Assembly (NCBI GenBank): GCA_947630015.1
Contig: CANRFY010000008.1
Coordinates: 5,976-69,975, forward strand
DNA from: an uncultured Clostridia bacterium
Lineage (GTDB): Bacteria > Bacillota > Clostridia > Oscillospirales > CAG-272
DNA: 64,000 nucleotides
Direction of reading: 5' to 3'
Under the pieces are notes generated by a model. It was not told where the DNA came from. It saw nothing but the letters and a program-made list of their open reading frames with translations, and did no database searches. The position numbers and the translations under genes are program-made. Positions 29,460-39,728 of this stretch are shown here, piece after piece. Position 1 is the stretch's first letter. Each line of letters opens with the position of its first letter.

Positions 29460-31925
29460 ATGGCAAATAAATTCACCGAAAAAGCGGCCGGCGCCGTAAG
29501 CCGCGCCGTCGAGTTCGCATCCGAACTCGGTCACACCTACGTCGGCTCGGAGCATATCCTGCTCGGGCTGCTCGATACCGCCGACAGCGTCGGCGCAAAG
29601 CTGCTCTCTGAGCGCGGCGCGACGCTCGACGAAGCCGAGAGCATCGTTGCCAACATCTCCGGCACCGGCGACAGAAGCTCCGTTTCCGCCGCCGACATGA
29701 CGCCGCGCACAAAAAAGATCATCGAGACGTCCGCGTATATATCGGCGCGCGTCGGTCACGGCTACATCGGCACTGAACATCTTCTCTGCGCGCTTCTGAC
29801 CGAACGCGGCTGCGTCGCCGTCAAGGTCCTGTCCGCGATGGGAGTTTCCGTCGACGAGCTTCAGGCCGCCGTCGAATCGTTTCTCACGGGAGGCGCGTCC
29901 GCGCGCGACGACGCGGACGGATCGCTGTCCGGCGCGCCGCGCCAGGGACAGCGTCAGGGATCGTCCTCCATCAAGGGCGCACCCACGATCTCGCAGTACG
30001 GACGCGATCTGTGCGCGCTTGCACGCGATGGCAAGCTCGATCCGATCGTCGGGCGAAAAAAGGAAATGGACCGCGTGATCCAGATACTGTCGCGGCGCAC
30101 TAAAAACAATCCGTGTCTGATCGGCGAACCCGGCGTCGGCAAGACCGCCGTTGTCGAGGGACTTGCGGAAATGATCGTCGACGGCTCGGTCCCCGAGACG
30201 CTGCGCGATAAGACGATCGTGACGCTCGATATCTCGTCTATGGTGGCGGGCGCGAAGTACAGGGGCGAATTCGAGGAACGCCTTAAGGGCGTCATGTCCG
30301 AGGTCGTCAAAAATCCGAACATCATCCTCTTCATCGACGAGATCCATACCATAATCGGCGCGGGCGCCGCGGAGGGCGCCGTCGACGCGGCGAACATTTT
30401 GAAGCCGGCGCTCGCCAGAGGCGAGATACAGATCATCGGCGCGACTACGATCGACGAGTACCGCCGCCATATCGAGCATGACGCGGCGCTCGAGCGCCGC
30501 TTCCAGTCGGTGCTTGTCGGCGAGCCGACGCCGGAGGAAGCGATCGAGATACTGCGCGGGCTTCGCGACAAATACGAGGCTCATCATAAGCTGAAAATAT
30601 CGGATGAGGCGATCGAGGCCGCCGTCAGGCTGTCCGTTCGCTACATCAGCGACAGATTTCTTCCCGACAAGGCGATCGATCTCATCGACGAGGCCGCGTC
30701 GCGTATGCGCATCTCAAACGTGACGCCGCCGGACGAGGTGCGCCGCCTCGAGGATGAGCTTGCGCGCGCAAGCAAGGAAAAGGAGGAAGCCGTGCGCGGA
30801 CAGGATTTCGAGCGCGCCGCGTCGTGCCGCGACCGCGAGCGCGAGATCAAATCCGAGCTTTCGGAGAAGCAGTCGGCGTGGAAATCGGCCTCCGACGGCA
30901 AAACGCTCACGGTAGGCGAGAATGAGATCGCCGAGATCGTCACTGCATGGACGGGCATCCCCGTGGCAAAGCTCGCCGAAACAGAGGGCGAACGTCTGCT
31001 TCATCTTGAAGATATACTAAAGGAGCGCGTGATCGGTCAGGACGCCGCCGTCGCGTCTGTCGCGCGCGCGATCCGCCGCGGACGCACGGGACTCAAGGAC
31101 CCGAACCGCCCCGTCGGCTCGTTCATCTTTCTTGGGCCGACAGGCGTCGGCAAAACCGAGCTTTCCAAGGCGCTCGCCGAGGTCATGTTCGGCGACGAAT
31201 CGGCGATGATACGCGTCGATATGTCCGAATACATGGAGAGCCATTCGACCTCGAAGCTGATCGGATCGCCTCCGGGTTACGTCGGCTATGACGAGGGCGG
31301 CCAGCTCACCGAGAAGATACGCCGCCATCCTTACTCCGTCGTACTGTTCGACGAGATCGAAAAAGCGCATCCCGACGTGTTCAACATCCTTTTGCAGATA
31401 CTCGACGACGGCATCCTTACCGACGCGCAGGGACGGCGCGTCGATTTCAAGAACACCGTCATCATCATGACGTCAAACGTCGGCGCGTCCGGAATCACCG
31501 AGCATAGACCGCTCGGCTTCTCCGACTCGGCGTCGCCCGACGACGAGCATGAGCGCATCTCGCAGTCGGTGACGGAATCTCTCAAACGCACGTTCAAGCC
31601 CGAATTCCTCAACCGCATCGACGAGATCATCGTGTTCAACAAGCTTGACGACGACTGCGTGAAGCGGATCGCGGCATTGATGCTCGACCGCGTCCGCCGC
31701 CGCATCGCGGAGCGCGGCGTCACGGTCACGTTCGGCGACGACGTTACGGCGCTCGTCGCGCGCGAGGGATTCGATCCCGCATACGGCGCGCGTCCGATAC
31801 GCCGCGCCGTCGTGAGACTTGTCGAGGACACGTTCTCCGAGGCGATGCTCGACGGCACCGTTCATGAGGGCGACAATGTTTCGGCCTCCGTCGAGGACGG
31901 CAAGGTCGTTTACAAAAAGGCGTAA
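29460..31925 (+). CDS. clpC: ClpC ATPase
   Basis: Clp N repeats, two AAA+ modules ([16 protein letters not shown]), UVR, LGF loop. Confidence 0.98.
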   Translation: MANKFTEKAAGAVSRAVEFASELGHTYVGSEHILLGLLDTADSVGAKLLSERGATLDEAESIVANISGTGDRSSVSAADMTPRTKKIIETSAYISARVGHGYIGTEHLLCALLTERGCVAVKVLSAMGVSVDELQAAVESFLTGGASARDDADGSLSGAPRQGQRQGSSSIKGAPTISQYGRDLCALARDGKLDPIVGRKKEMDRVIQILSRRTKNNPCLIGEPGVGKTAVVEGLAEMIVDGSVPETLRDKTIVTLDISSMVAGAKYRGEFEERLKGVMSEVVKNPNIILFIDEIHTIIGAGAAEGAVDAANILKPALARGEIQIIGATTIDEYRRHIEHDAALERRFQSVLVGEPTPEEAIEILRGLRDKYEAHHKLKISDEAIEAAVRLSVRYISDRFLPDKAIDLIDEAASRMRISNVTPPDEVRRLEDELARASKEKEEAVRGQDFERAASCRDREREIKSELSEKQSAWKSASDGKTLTVGENEIAEIVTAWTGIPVAKLAETEGERLLHLEDILKERVIGQDAAVASVARAIRRGRTGLKDPNRPVGSFIFLGPTGVGKTELSKALAEVMFGDESAMIRVDMSEYMESHSTSKLIGSPPGYVGYDEGGQLTEKIRRHPYSVVLFDEIEKAHPDVFNILLQILDDGILTDAQGRRVDFKNTVIIMTSNVGASGITEHRPLGFSDSASPDDEHERISQSVTESLKRTFKPEFLNRIDEIIVFNKLDDDCVKRIAALMLDRVRRRIAERGVTVTFGDDVTALVAREGFDPAYGARPIRRAVVRLVEDTFSEAMLDGTVHEGDNVSASVEDGKVVYKKA

Positions 31926-31932
31926 CTTAAAT

Positions 31933-31974
31933 GATCCCCGCCGGACGGGATATTCCCCGTCCGGCGGGGATTTT
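31933..31974 (+). terminator. Terminator of the ctsR operon
   Basis: ATCCCCGCCGGACGGG...CCCGTCCGGCGGGGAT-TTT. Confidence 0.8.
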
Positions 31975-32173
31975 GCGCGTCCGACGCCTTTTTTACTGCG
32001 AAAACGATGTAATTTTTCAAAAAATCCCCTTAAGCATACGCCGTATTTGGCGCGCAAATGTAAAAAATACACAATTATTTTTAGCATTATCCCTCATATT
32101 CGTCATAACGTCAATTGAAAAAAGTCGAAGATAGAGTAAAATTATTGTATGAACCGATGTGGGGTAATGGCGT

Positions 32174-32755
32174 ATGATTTCGCTTGAAAACAAGATCATG
32201 ACCGAGGGCAGGATCGCGAAAGGCGATGTCCTTCGTGTCGACAGTTTTCTGAATCACAAAATCGACGTGCGATTTCTTTGTGAGATCGGACGCGAATTTC
32301 ATAGGCTTTTCTCGGACTGCGGGGTCAACAAGATACTGACTGTCGAATCTTCCGGCATAGGTGTGGCTTGTATGACCGCGCAGTTTTTTGATTGCCCCGT
32401 GCTTTTCGCCAAGAAATCGAAAAGCTCCAATATCTCAAGCGAAGTCTATACGGCAGTCGCCCATTCGTACACGCACGGCAACGACAATACGTTGACCGTC
32501 AGCAAGGAATATCTCACGCCTGACGACATCGTTTTGATCATCGACGACTTCCTCGCGCGCGGAGAAGCGCTCCGCGCCCTCGTCGACATCGTATCGCAGT
32601 CGGGCGCGCGTCTTGTCGGCTGCGGCGCCGTCATCGAAAAGAAATATCAGGGCGGCGGGGACGAGCTTCGCGGACGCGGCATTCGCGTCGAATCGCTCGC
32701 GATGATCGAGTCGATGAGCGAGGACGGGATCGTATTCGCGCATCAGGCGCGCTGA
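32174..32755 (+). CDS. xpt: Xanthine phosphoribosyltransferase
   Basis: VDSFLNH, T.ESSGI, IIDDFLA.G. Confidence 0.95.
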   Translation: MISLENKIMTEGRIAKGDVLRVDSFLNHKIDVRFLCEIGREFHRLFSDCGVNKILTVESSGIGVACMTAQFFDCPVLFAKKSKSSNISSEVYTAVAHSYTHGNDNTLTVSKEYLTPDDIVLIIDDFLARGEALRALVDIVSQSGARLVGCGAVIEKKYQGGGDELRGRGIRVESLAMIESMSEDGIVFAHQAR

Positions 32756-32819
32756 ATCACGTTGTCATCGGGGATCTTCCCCGCGGACATATATTATCGA
32801 TAATATGGAGGAAATCAGA

Positions 32820-34148
32820 ATGTTAAGGAAGTTTATTTCCGTAATGCTCGTATGCGCTATGGCTCTCTGCGTATTCGCCGGCTGCTCCGACGAACAGGCG
32901 GCTGAGGCGTTCGGTACGAGCGGAACAAAGGAGCTTTGCAAGTCCGGCGTAGTTTCGACCGTCGCATCCGAGGTGGCGGAAGGCACGAAGGTCGATCTTA
33001 AGATCGGCGTCGTTCTTATCGGCGACAACACCGAGACGTACTCGAAGGCTCACATCGACGGCATCAGAACGGCTTGCGAGAATCTCGGCATCGATCCCGA
33101 CGATTCCGAGCAGGTCATCTGGAAGATGACGGTCGGCGAGGACGCCGCTTGCGCGACGGCTCTCGACGAGCTTGTGGCTCAGGGCTGCAACCTCATCTTC
33201 ACGAATTCCTACGGTCATCAGACGTACACTCAGGCCGCTGCGGAGAAGTACAAGGATCAGGATATCCAGTTCGTCGCAATGACGGGCGATACGGCTATAT
33301 CCTCCGGCCTTGACAATTTGTCGAACGCGTTCACCGAGGTCTATGAGGCCCGCTATGTCTCCGGCGTCGTCGCAGGCATGAAGCTCAAGGAGCTTGTCGA
33401 CGCGGGCAAGATCACGGACAAGAACATGGATGCAGACGGCAACATCAAGATCGGCTATGTCGGCGCTTATCCGTTCGCAGAGGTCGTTTCCGGCTACACC
33501 GCATTCTATCTCGGCGTCAAGAGCGTCGTCGAAAACGTGTCGATGAGCGTATCCTACACGTCGTCGTGGCATGACAGCGACAAGGAAGCCGAGGCTGCAA
33601 GAAGCTTCATCAGCGACGGCTGCGTCATCATCAGCCAGCACGCTGACTCCGAGGGCGCTCCCATGGCTGTTCAGAACGCATATAACGAGGGTACGGTCGT
33701 TTACTCCGTAAGCTACAACGTCGATCTCACCAGCATTGGCGAGGCGATACTCACCTCCGCTACGAACAACTGGGCCGTTTACTATGAATATGCGATCAAA
33801 ACGGCAATGAACGGCGGCAAGATCGCAACGAACTGGATCGGCGGTTATGAGCAGGACGCAGTTAAGATCACGACGCTCGGCAGTCAGGCTGCGGCAGGCA
33901 CCGAGGAAAAGGTCAACGAAGTGATCGCGGCCATCAAAGCCGGAACGCTTCACGTATTCGACACATCCAAATTCACCGTCGGCGGCAAGAACGTGACATG
34001 GGCTTACGCTACCGACAGCGACGGCGACTTCAACTACGACTGCAACAACGTAGTCGCAGACGGCTATTATCACGAATCGTATACGCAGAGCGCTCCTTCG
34101 TTCACTCTCCGTATTGACGGCATCACGGAGCTGAACACCGGCAACTGA
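32820..34148 (+). CDS. BMP family ABC substrate-binding lipoprotein (nucleoside)
   Basis: FAGC lipobox; NSYGH, SQHADS. Confidence 0.88.
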   Translation: MLRKFISVMLVCAMALCVFAGCSDEQAAEAFGTSGTKELCKSGVVSTVASEVAEGTKVDLKIGVVLIGDNTETYSKAHIDGIRTACENLGIDPDDSEQVIWKMTVGEDAACATALDELVAQGCNLIFTNSYGHQTYTQAAAEKYKDQDIQFVAMTGDTAISSGLDNLSNAFTEVYEARYVSGVVAGMKLKELVDAGKITDKNMDADGNIKIGYVGAYPFAEVVSGYTAFYLGVKSVVENVSMSVSYTSSWHDSDKEAEAARSFISDGCVIISQHADSEGAPMAVQNAYNEGTVVYSVSYNVDLTSIGEAILTSATNNWAVYYEYAIKTAMNGGKIATNWIGGYEQDAVKITTLGSQAAAGTEEKVNEVIAAIKAGTLHVFDTSKFTVGGKNVTWAYATDSDGDFNYDCNNVVADGYYHESYTQSAPSFTLRIDGITELNTGN

Positions 34149-34212
34149 TCCGTAATATCCAAGGTGAAATAGGGGAAATCGAAAATATCCGATTTCCCCT
34201 ATACTCTTTTAT

Positions 34213-35835
34213 GTGAGGGATAACTTGAAAGACAATAACTGCGACATGGAAGCGCGCACGGAGGCTGCATCCGCGCCGAACGGCTGCGCCGTTCGGCTGA
34301 CGGGGATAACGAAACGGTTCGGCTCCGTGACGGCAAACAGCAATATCACGATGGACGTCAGGCGCGGCGAGGTTCTCGCGCTGCTCGGCGAAAACGGCTC
34401 GGGCAAGACGACGCTGATGAATATGCTCTCCGGCATCTACTACCCCGACGAGGGTACGATCGAGATAAACGGCGAGGCGGCGTCGATCAGATCGCCGAAG
34501 GACGCGTTCGATCTCGGCATCGGCATGATACATCAGCATTTCAAGCTCGTCGACGTGTTCACCGCCGCGGAAAATATCGTACTCGGGCTGCCCGGCAAGT
34601 CGTCGCTCAATATGCGCGCCGTCCGCGAACGCATACTTGAAATCTGCAAAAAATACGGCTTCGACGTCGATCCCGACCGCAAGGTCTACAATATGAGCGT
34701 CAGCGAAAAGCAGACGCTCGAGATCGTAAAGGTGCTTTACCGCGGCGCGGATATACTGATCCTCGACGAGCCGACGGCCGTTTTGACGCCGCAGGAGACG
34801 GAACGCCTCTTCGACGTCATCCGCAATATGCGCGCCGACGGCAAATCGATCATCATCATAACGCACAAGCTGCACGAGGTCATGGAGATATCGGACCGCG
34901 TCGCGATACTGCGGCGCGGCGAATACATAACGACGCTCGAAACGAAGGACGCCGACGAAAAGACGCTCGCGGAGGCGATGGTCGGCGAGAAGCTTTCGCT
35001 CAACATAGACAGGCCCGAGCCTCACGGACTCGTAAAGCGCCTCGAGGTCAAGGGGCTGTCGTGCGTCGATCCCGAGGGCGTCCCGACGCTTACGGACATA
35101 TCGTTCTCCGCCTACGGCGGAGAGATTCTCGGCGTCGCGGGCATATCGGGCTGCGGTCAGCGCGAGCTGCTCGAATCTATCGCGGGACTTGAATCGACGC
35201 TTCCCGGGAGCAGCGTTCTTTATTATCCCGACGACGGCGAGCCGGAGGAGCTTATCGGAAAATCGCCGCGCGAGATACGGTCGCTCGGCGTAGCTTTGTC
35301 GTTCGTGCCGGAGGACAGGCTCGGCATGGGACTCGTCGGATCGATGGGTATGACTGACAACATGATGCTCAAGAGCTACAACTCGGGCGCGCCCGTTTTC
35401 CTGCATAAAAAGGACCCGTCCGCGCTCGCCGGTTCCGTGCGCGACGATCTCGGCGTCGTTACGCCGTCGCTGTCGACGCCGGTGCGCCGCCTTTCCGGCG
35501 GCAACGTGCAGAAGGTGCTTGTCGGCCGCGAGATCGCGGAGGCGCCCACGGTGCTTATGACGGCATACGCCGTGCGCGGGCTTGACATCAACACGTCTTA
35601 CGCGATATACAAGCTTTTAAACGAGCAGAAGGAAAAGGGCGTCGCCGTCATCTATGTCGGCGAGGATATCGACGTTCTGCTCGAGCTGTGCGACAGGATA
35701 TTGATCCTCTGCGGAGGCGTCGTCTCCGGCATCGTCGACGCCGCCTCAGCTACGAAGGAGGAGATCGGTCTTTACATGACGAAGGCGGGCGGTCCGTCCC
35801 CCGCCCCGTCCGAGAAAGGAGATGACGTTTGTTGA
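34213..35835 (+). CDS. Nucleoside/sugar ABC ATPase, two NBDs (start uncertain)
   Basis: GENGSGKT, HQHFKLV, DEPTAVLTPQE, LSGGNVQK. Confidence 0.93.
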   Translation: MRDNLKDNNCDMEARTEAASAPNGCAVRLTGITKRFGSVTANSNITMDVRRGEVLALLGENGSGKTTLMNMLSGIYYPDEGTIEINGEAASIRSPKDAFDLGIGMIHQHFKLVDVFTAAENIVLGLPGKSSLNMRAVRERILEICKKYGFDVDPDRKVYNMSVSEKQTLEIVKVLYRGADILILDEPTAVLTPQETERLFDVIRNMRADGKSIIIITHKLHEVMEISDRVAILRRGEYITTLETKDADEKTLAEAMVGEKLSLNIDRPEPHGLVKRLEVKGLSCVDPEGVPTLTDISFSAYGGEILGVAGISGCGQRELLESIAGLESTLPGSSVLYYPDDGEPEELIGKSPREIRSLGVALSFVPEDRLGMGLVGSMGMTDNMMLKSYNSGAPVFLHKKDPSALAGSVRDDLGVVTPSLSTPVRRLSGGNVQKVLVGREIAEAPTVLMTAYAVRGLDINTSYAIYKLLNEQKEKGVAVIYVGEDIDVLLELCDRILILCGGVVSGIVDAASATKEEIGLYMTKAGGPSPAPSEKGDDVC

Positions 35836-36941
35836 AGGATCAAACCGCAAAAACAGAATCTAAGCGCGATCCCCTCGTTCGCCTCGTGAAGCGCGACTCC
35901 GTATCGGCGGCGCGTTCCGTGATTGTTCACGCGGCGGCGATACTGCTCGCGATGCTCGTATGCGGCATATTCTTTGTGATCGTGACCGATTCGTCCATAA
36001 TCGAGATATATTCGGCGATGGTATCCGGCACGATCCGCAACAGCATCACCGTCAACTCGTTCTTCAAGGAAGCGTGTATGCTGCTCATTATCGCTGTCGG
36101 ACTCGCGCCCGCGTTCAAGATGAGCTTCTGGAACGTCGGCGGACAGGGTCAGGTGCTTGCGGGCGGAATGGCGGCCGCTATGTGGCTTTACTATCTCGGC
36201 AACAAGCTGCCGAACGCCGCCATAATCCCGCTGATGATCATAAGCGCCGCCGTCGGCGGCGGCATATGGGCGCTCGTTCCCGCAATTTTCCGCGTGAAAT
36301 TTTCAACGAACGAGACGCTTTTCACGCTGATGATGAACTACATCGCGATCCAGCTCGTGAAATATCTGCGCATCACATGGAGTCCCATACACGCGCTCGG
36401 CATGATCAGCCGCAAGGCCGGTTCGATGCCTTCCCTGTTCGGCAATCAAAACGGCTGGATATACGTCATCGCCGCCGTCGCGGTCATTATGATGTACGTA
36501 TACATGAACAAGACGAAGCACGGATATGAGATATCCGTCGTCGGCGAGGCGCCGAACACGGCGCGATATGCGGGGATCAGCGAATTCCGCGTCATAATCC
36601 GCACCGCGTTCATTTCCGGCGCGATCTGCGGGCTGGCGGGATTCCTCTACGTCTCGGCGATAGATCACACGATCTCCGAGACGATGGGAGGCGGCTACGG
36701 CTTCACCGCCGTGATCGTCGCGTGGCTTGCAAAATTCAATCCGATCTTCATGACGCTGATCTCGATGCTGATCTCGTTTATCCGTTCGGGATCGAGCGAG
36801 ATCGTCAGCCGAAACACGACGACGCTCGATTCGTCGATCGCGAACATCAACATCGGAATATTCCTGTTCTTCATGCTCGGCTGCGAGTTTTTCCTGAATT
36901 ACAAGATCGTATTCCGCGGCGGAAAGGAGGCCGGTAAATGA
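35829..36941 (+). CDS. Nucleoside ABC permease
   Basis: WNVG..GQ, TLMMNYIA, G.....ARYAG, GYGFTA. Confidence 0.9.
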   Translation: MLKDQTAKTESKRDPLVRLVKRDSVSAARSVIVHAAAILLAMLVCGIFFVIVTDSSIIEIYSAMVSGTIRNSITVNSFFKEACMLLIIAVGLAPAFKMSFWNVGGQGQVLAGGMAAAMWLYYLGNKLPNAAIIPLMIISAAVGGGIWALVPAIFRVKFSTNETLFTLMMNYIAIQLVKYLRITWSPIHALGMISRKAGSMPSLFGNQNGWIYVIAAVAVIMMYVYMNKTKHGYEISVVGEAPNTARYAGISEFRVIIRTAFISGAICGLAGFLYVSAIDHTISETMGGGYGFTAVIVAWLAKFNPIFMTLISMLISFIRSGSSEIVSRNTTTLDSSIANINIGIFLFFMLGCEFFLNYKIVFRGGKEAGK

Positions 36942-37936
36942 ACACGCTGATTAGCTGGCTCCACAGCTCGATCATATACGGCACCGTCATCATGTTCGGG
37001 GCGCTCGGCGAGATTCTGACCGAAAAGAGCGGCCATTTGAATCTCGGGGTCCCGGGTCTGATGTATCTCGGCGGATTCGCCGGCTTTGCCGGCGCGTTCA
37101 CATACGAGCGCTCGACAGATTCGCCAAGCAAGCTGCTCATGATCATAATACCGCTTCTGTGCGCGTTTTTCGCCGCGCTGCTCGGCGGACTTCTCTACAG
37201 CTTTTTGACCGTCACGCTCCGCGCGAATCAGAACGTCACGGGTCTTGCGCTCACGTCGCTCGGCGTCGGCGTCGGCACGTTCGGAAGCGCGCGCCTTCTC
37301 AGCGTTACTGGCAGTCAGAGCTATTCGGTCGCATCCGCGACGAGCGCCGTTTACACGGCGAATCTCAACTCTGTCTTCAATCTGGGCGCATTCGGACAGA
37401 TTCTTTTATCATACGGATTTCTCACATACGCCGCGATCGCGCTCGCCATATTGATGAATTATTTTCTCATGCACACGCGGCGCGGGCTTAATCTGCGCGC
37501 CGTCGGCGAGGATCCCGGCACCGCGGACGCCGCCGGCATAAACGTGACGCTGTACAAATACGTCGCGACGTGCGTGGGCGGCGGCATATGCGGCGTCGGC
37601 GGATTATACTACATCATCGAATACAGCAGCGGCAAATGGTCGTCGCAGAACGGACTCGAGGCGATCGGATGGCTCGCCGTCGCGCTCGTCATATTCTCGA
37701 CGTGGAAGCCGAAAAACGCGATTCCCGCGTCGTATCTGTTCGCCCTTCTCTTCTGGATGGCGACGAATCTCCCGACGCTGACCGGCATCCGCATCTCGAC
37801 GTCAGTGACCGAGCTGCTGAAAATGACGCCTTACGTCGTGACGATCCTCGTGCTTGTGATCGCAAGCACGCGAAAGAAAAAGGAGAATCAGGGACCGGCG
37901 TCGCTCGGACGCTCATATTTCCGCGAGGAACGGTGA
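36938..37936 (+). CDS. Nucleoside ABC permease
   Basis: GE...EKSG.LNLG, GL.LRAVGE.P..AD..GINV, PASLG..YFREER. Confidence 0.9.
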   Translation: MNTLISWLHSSIIYGTVIMFGALGEILTEKSGHLNLGVPGLMYLGGFAGFAGAFTYERSTDSPSKLLMIIIPLLCAFFAALLGGLLYSFLTVTLRANQNVTGLALTSLGVGVGTFGSARLLSVTGSQSYSVASATSAVYTANLNSVFNLGAFGQILLSYGFLTYAAIALAILMNYFLMHTRRGLNLRAVGEDPGTADAAGINVTLYKYVATCVGGGICGVGGLYYIIEYSSGKWSSQNGLEAIGWLAVALVIFSTWKPKNAIPASYLFALLFWMATNLPTLTGIRISTSVTELLKMTPYVVTILVLVIASTRKKKENQGPASLGRSYFREER

Positions 37937-37946
37937 CGGTATAAGT

Positions 37947-38277
37947 TTTCGGGGCGCTGCCCCGCACCCCGCTTAAGGGAAACTTTCCGCAAGCGGAAAG
38001 TTTCCCTTAAGAATCCCCGCAAAACTTTCCCTACAAAGGTTATAGGGCAAGTGTGTTCAACTCTGCGATGCACGTTCGTGCAAGGGCGAAGTAGTCGCGC
38101 GAGCGCGAACACCGATTTTCGGGGCGCTACCCCGAACCCTGACTTAAGGAACTTCTTATAAGAAGTTCCTTAAGAATCTTCAAGAATTTTTATTACAGGG
38201 ATTATAGGGCAAGTGTGTTCGACTCTGCGATGCACGTTTGTGCAAGGGCGAAGCAGCCGCGCGGGGTGCGAACATCG
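37947..38277 (+). repeat. Repeat family copy 6 (A-B-A-B, 170-bp period, non-identical units)
   Basis: Units start at about 37947 and 38117 with different central palindromes. Confidence 0.92.
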
Positions 38278-38286
38278 AATTATAAC

Positions 38287-38317
38287 AAAAAAGCCTCGGC
38301 TGCGCCGAGGCTTTTTT
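38287..38317. terminator. Bidirectional terminator
   Basis: AAAAAAGCCTCGGC-tgc-GCCGAGGCTTTTTT. Confidence 0.85.
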
Positions 38318-38328
38318 ATCGGGGTTTA

Positions 38329-39495
38329 TCAGAGCATCGATTTTATCATGAATTCAAATCCGACAAGCACCGCGAGGAATCCGAAATTGAAAAGCGAAAA
38401 TTCGGCCACATAGCGGAGCGTTTTGCCCGGGTTATGCTTCACGTATTCGCGGAATGTGATCAGACTTGCGAGCGAGGCGATAAGCGATCCGACGCCGCCG
38501 ATATTGACGCCGACGAGCAGATCGGCGTAATCGGTCGCGAACTGCGACAGCAGTATCGCCGACGGGACGTTGCTTATAAACTGGCACGACAGCGCGCTGA
38601 AAAGAAGCGTGCTTTTATCGAGCAAAAATGAGAAGAATTCGCGCACCGCGCCGATCCGCGCCATATTGCCGGAGAAGATGAAGAAGAACACGAACGTCAA
38701 AAGCAGCGGATAATCGACTTCGCCGAGCGCATGACGGTCGGCGAACAGAAGCACGATCGGGATCACGATCAGTCCGATCCAGTACGGGATGCCGCGGAAC
38801 ACGATCGCGATCGCGAGTGCGAACAGCGCCAAATAAAGCGCCGCGCGCTTCGGATCGACTCTTTCCCCGCCGCCGTCGAGCGACAGCGGCTCGGGCTTTA
38901 CGAAGATGATGCAGCAAACAGTTATCATCAGTACAGACAGGATAAACGGCGGCGCCATGATCCGCATAAATTCGCCCGTCGGGATCGAATATTTCGTATA
39001 AAGGTACAGATTCTGCGGATTGCCGAACGGCGTCAGCATTCCTCCGAGGTTGGCGGCGATGTTCTGCATTATGAATGTGAACGCCATGTATTTCTGCTTT
39101 CCCGTCGTCGACAGAACGAGATATCCGAGCGGCAGGAATGTGAGCAGCGCCATATCGTTTGCGATCAGCATCGAGCCGATAAACGTGATGTACACGAGCG
39201 CAAGCACGCTCATTCTTGCGTTTTTGAACATCGTCACGACGCGGCGCGCGAGCATATAGAAGAAATTGATGTCGCGCAGCGCGCATACGACGGCGAGTAC
39301 GCAGAACAGGCACGTCAGCGTTTTACAGTCGAAATAGCCTGCGTATTCCCTGTCGATCGGGACGATCATGCTCGTTATCGCCGCCGCGGCGAGCGCTATG
39401 ACCATAACGGTGTTTTTCTTTGCGAAACCGACCGCGGCAGACACCGTCCTGTGGACGCGGGCCGACGCGGTCAAATGCTGCGCTTCAGTCACCAT
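38329..39495 (-). CDS. IT-superfamily (ArsB/NhaD/CitMHS-like) anion permease
   Basis: IAND..L, AANLGG..TP.GNPQNL, SQ.ISNVP, GG.G.LIASLA. Confidence 0.85.
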   Translation of the reverse strand: MVTEAQHLTASARVHRTVSAAVGFAKKNTVMVIALAAAAITSMIVPIDREYAGYFDCKTLTCLFCVLAVVCALRDINFFYMLARRVVTMFKNARMSVLALVYITFIGSMLIANDMALLTFLPLGYLVLSTTGKQKYMAFTFIMQNIAANLGGMLTPFGNPQNLYLYTKYSIPTGEFMRIMAPPFILSVLMITVCCIIFVKPEPLSLDGGGERVDPKRAALYLALFALAIAIVFRGIPYWIGLIVIPIVLLFADRHALGEVDYPLLLTFVFFFIFSGNMARIGAVREFFSFLLDKSTLLFSALSCQFISNVPSAILLSQFATDYADLLVGVNIGGVGSLIASLASLITFREYVKHNPGKTLRYVAEFSLFNFGFLAVLVGFEFMIKSML

Positions 39496-39728
39496 ACCGA
39501 ATGCCTCTGTACGCGTTATATAATATGAAGTTTATCTTCCGAATTTGTATTATACGCACTTTGCGGCGCGTTGTCAAGCGCAACGCGTCGTCAGCCTGCA
39601 CAAATCACGCGCGTCATTTCGTTTAAATAAACGTCGAATTCCGCCTATGCGCAAAATCCCGACCGCGCTTGAAAAATCGCCTCGTTTGTGTTATACTTTC
39701 CTTGTGATTTGTCAAGAATGAAAGTGAG

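Noticed and set aside
31975-32173. Purine riboswitch upstream of xpt
   Set aside because: No purine aptamer core is visible, and the likely promoter sits close to the start codon.
38060-38095. Module B as a hammerhead or HDV-like ribozyme (CTGCGA...CGAA)
   Set aside because: The CUGANGA/GAAA core is not matched, the GA varies among copies, and no HDV nested pseudoknot could be built by eye.
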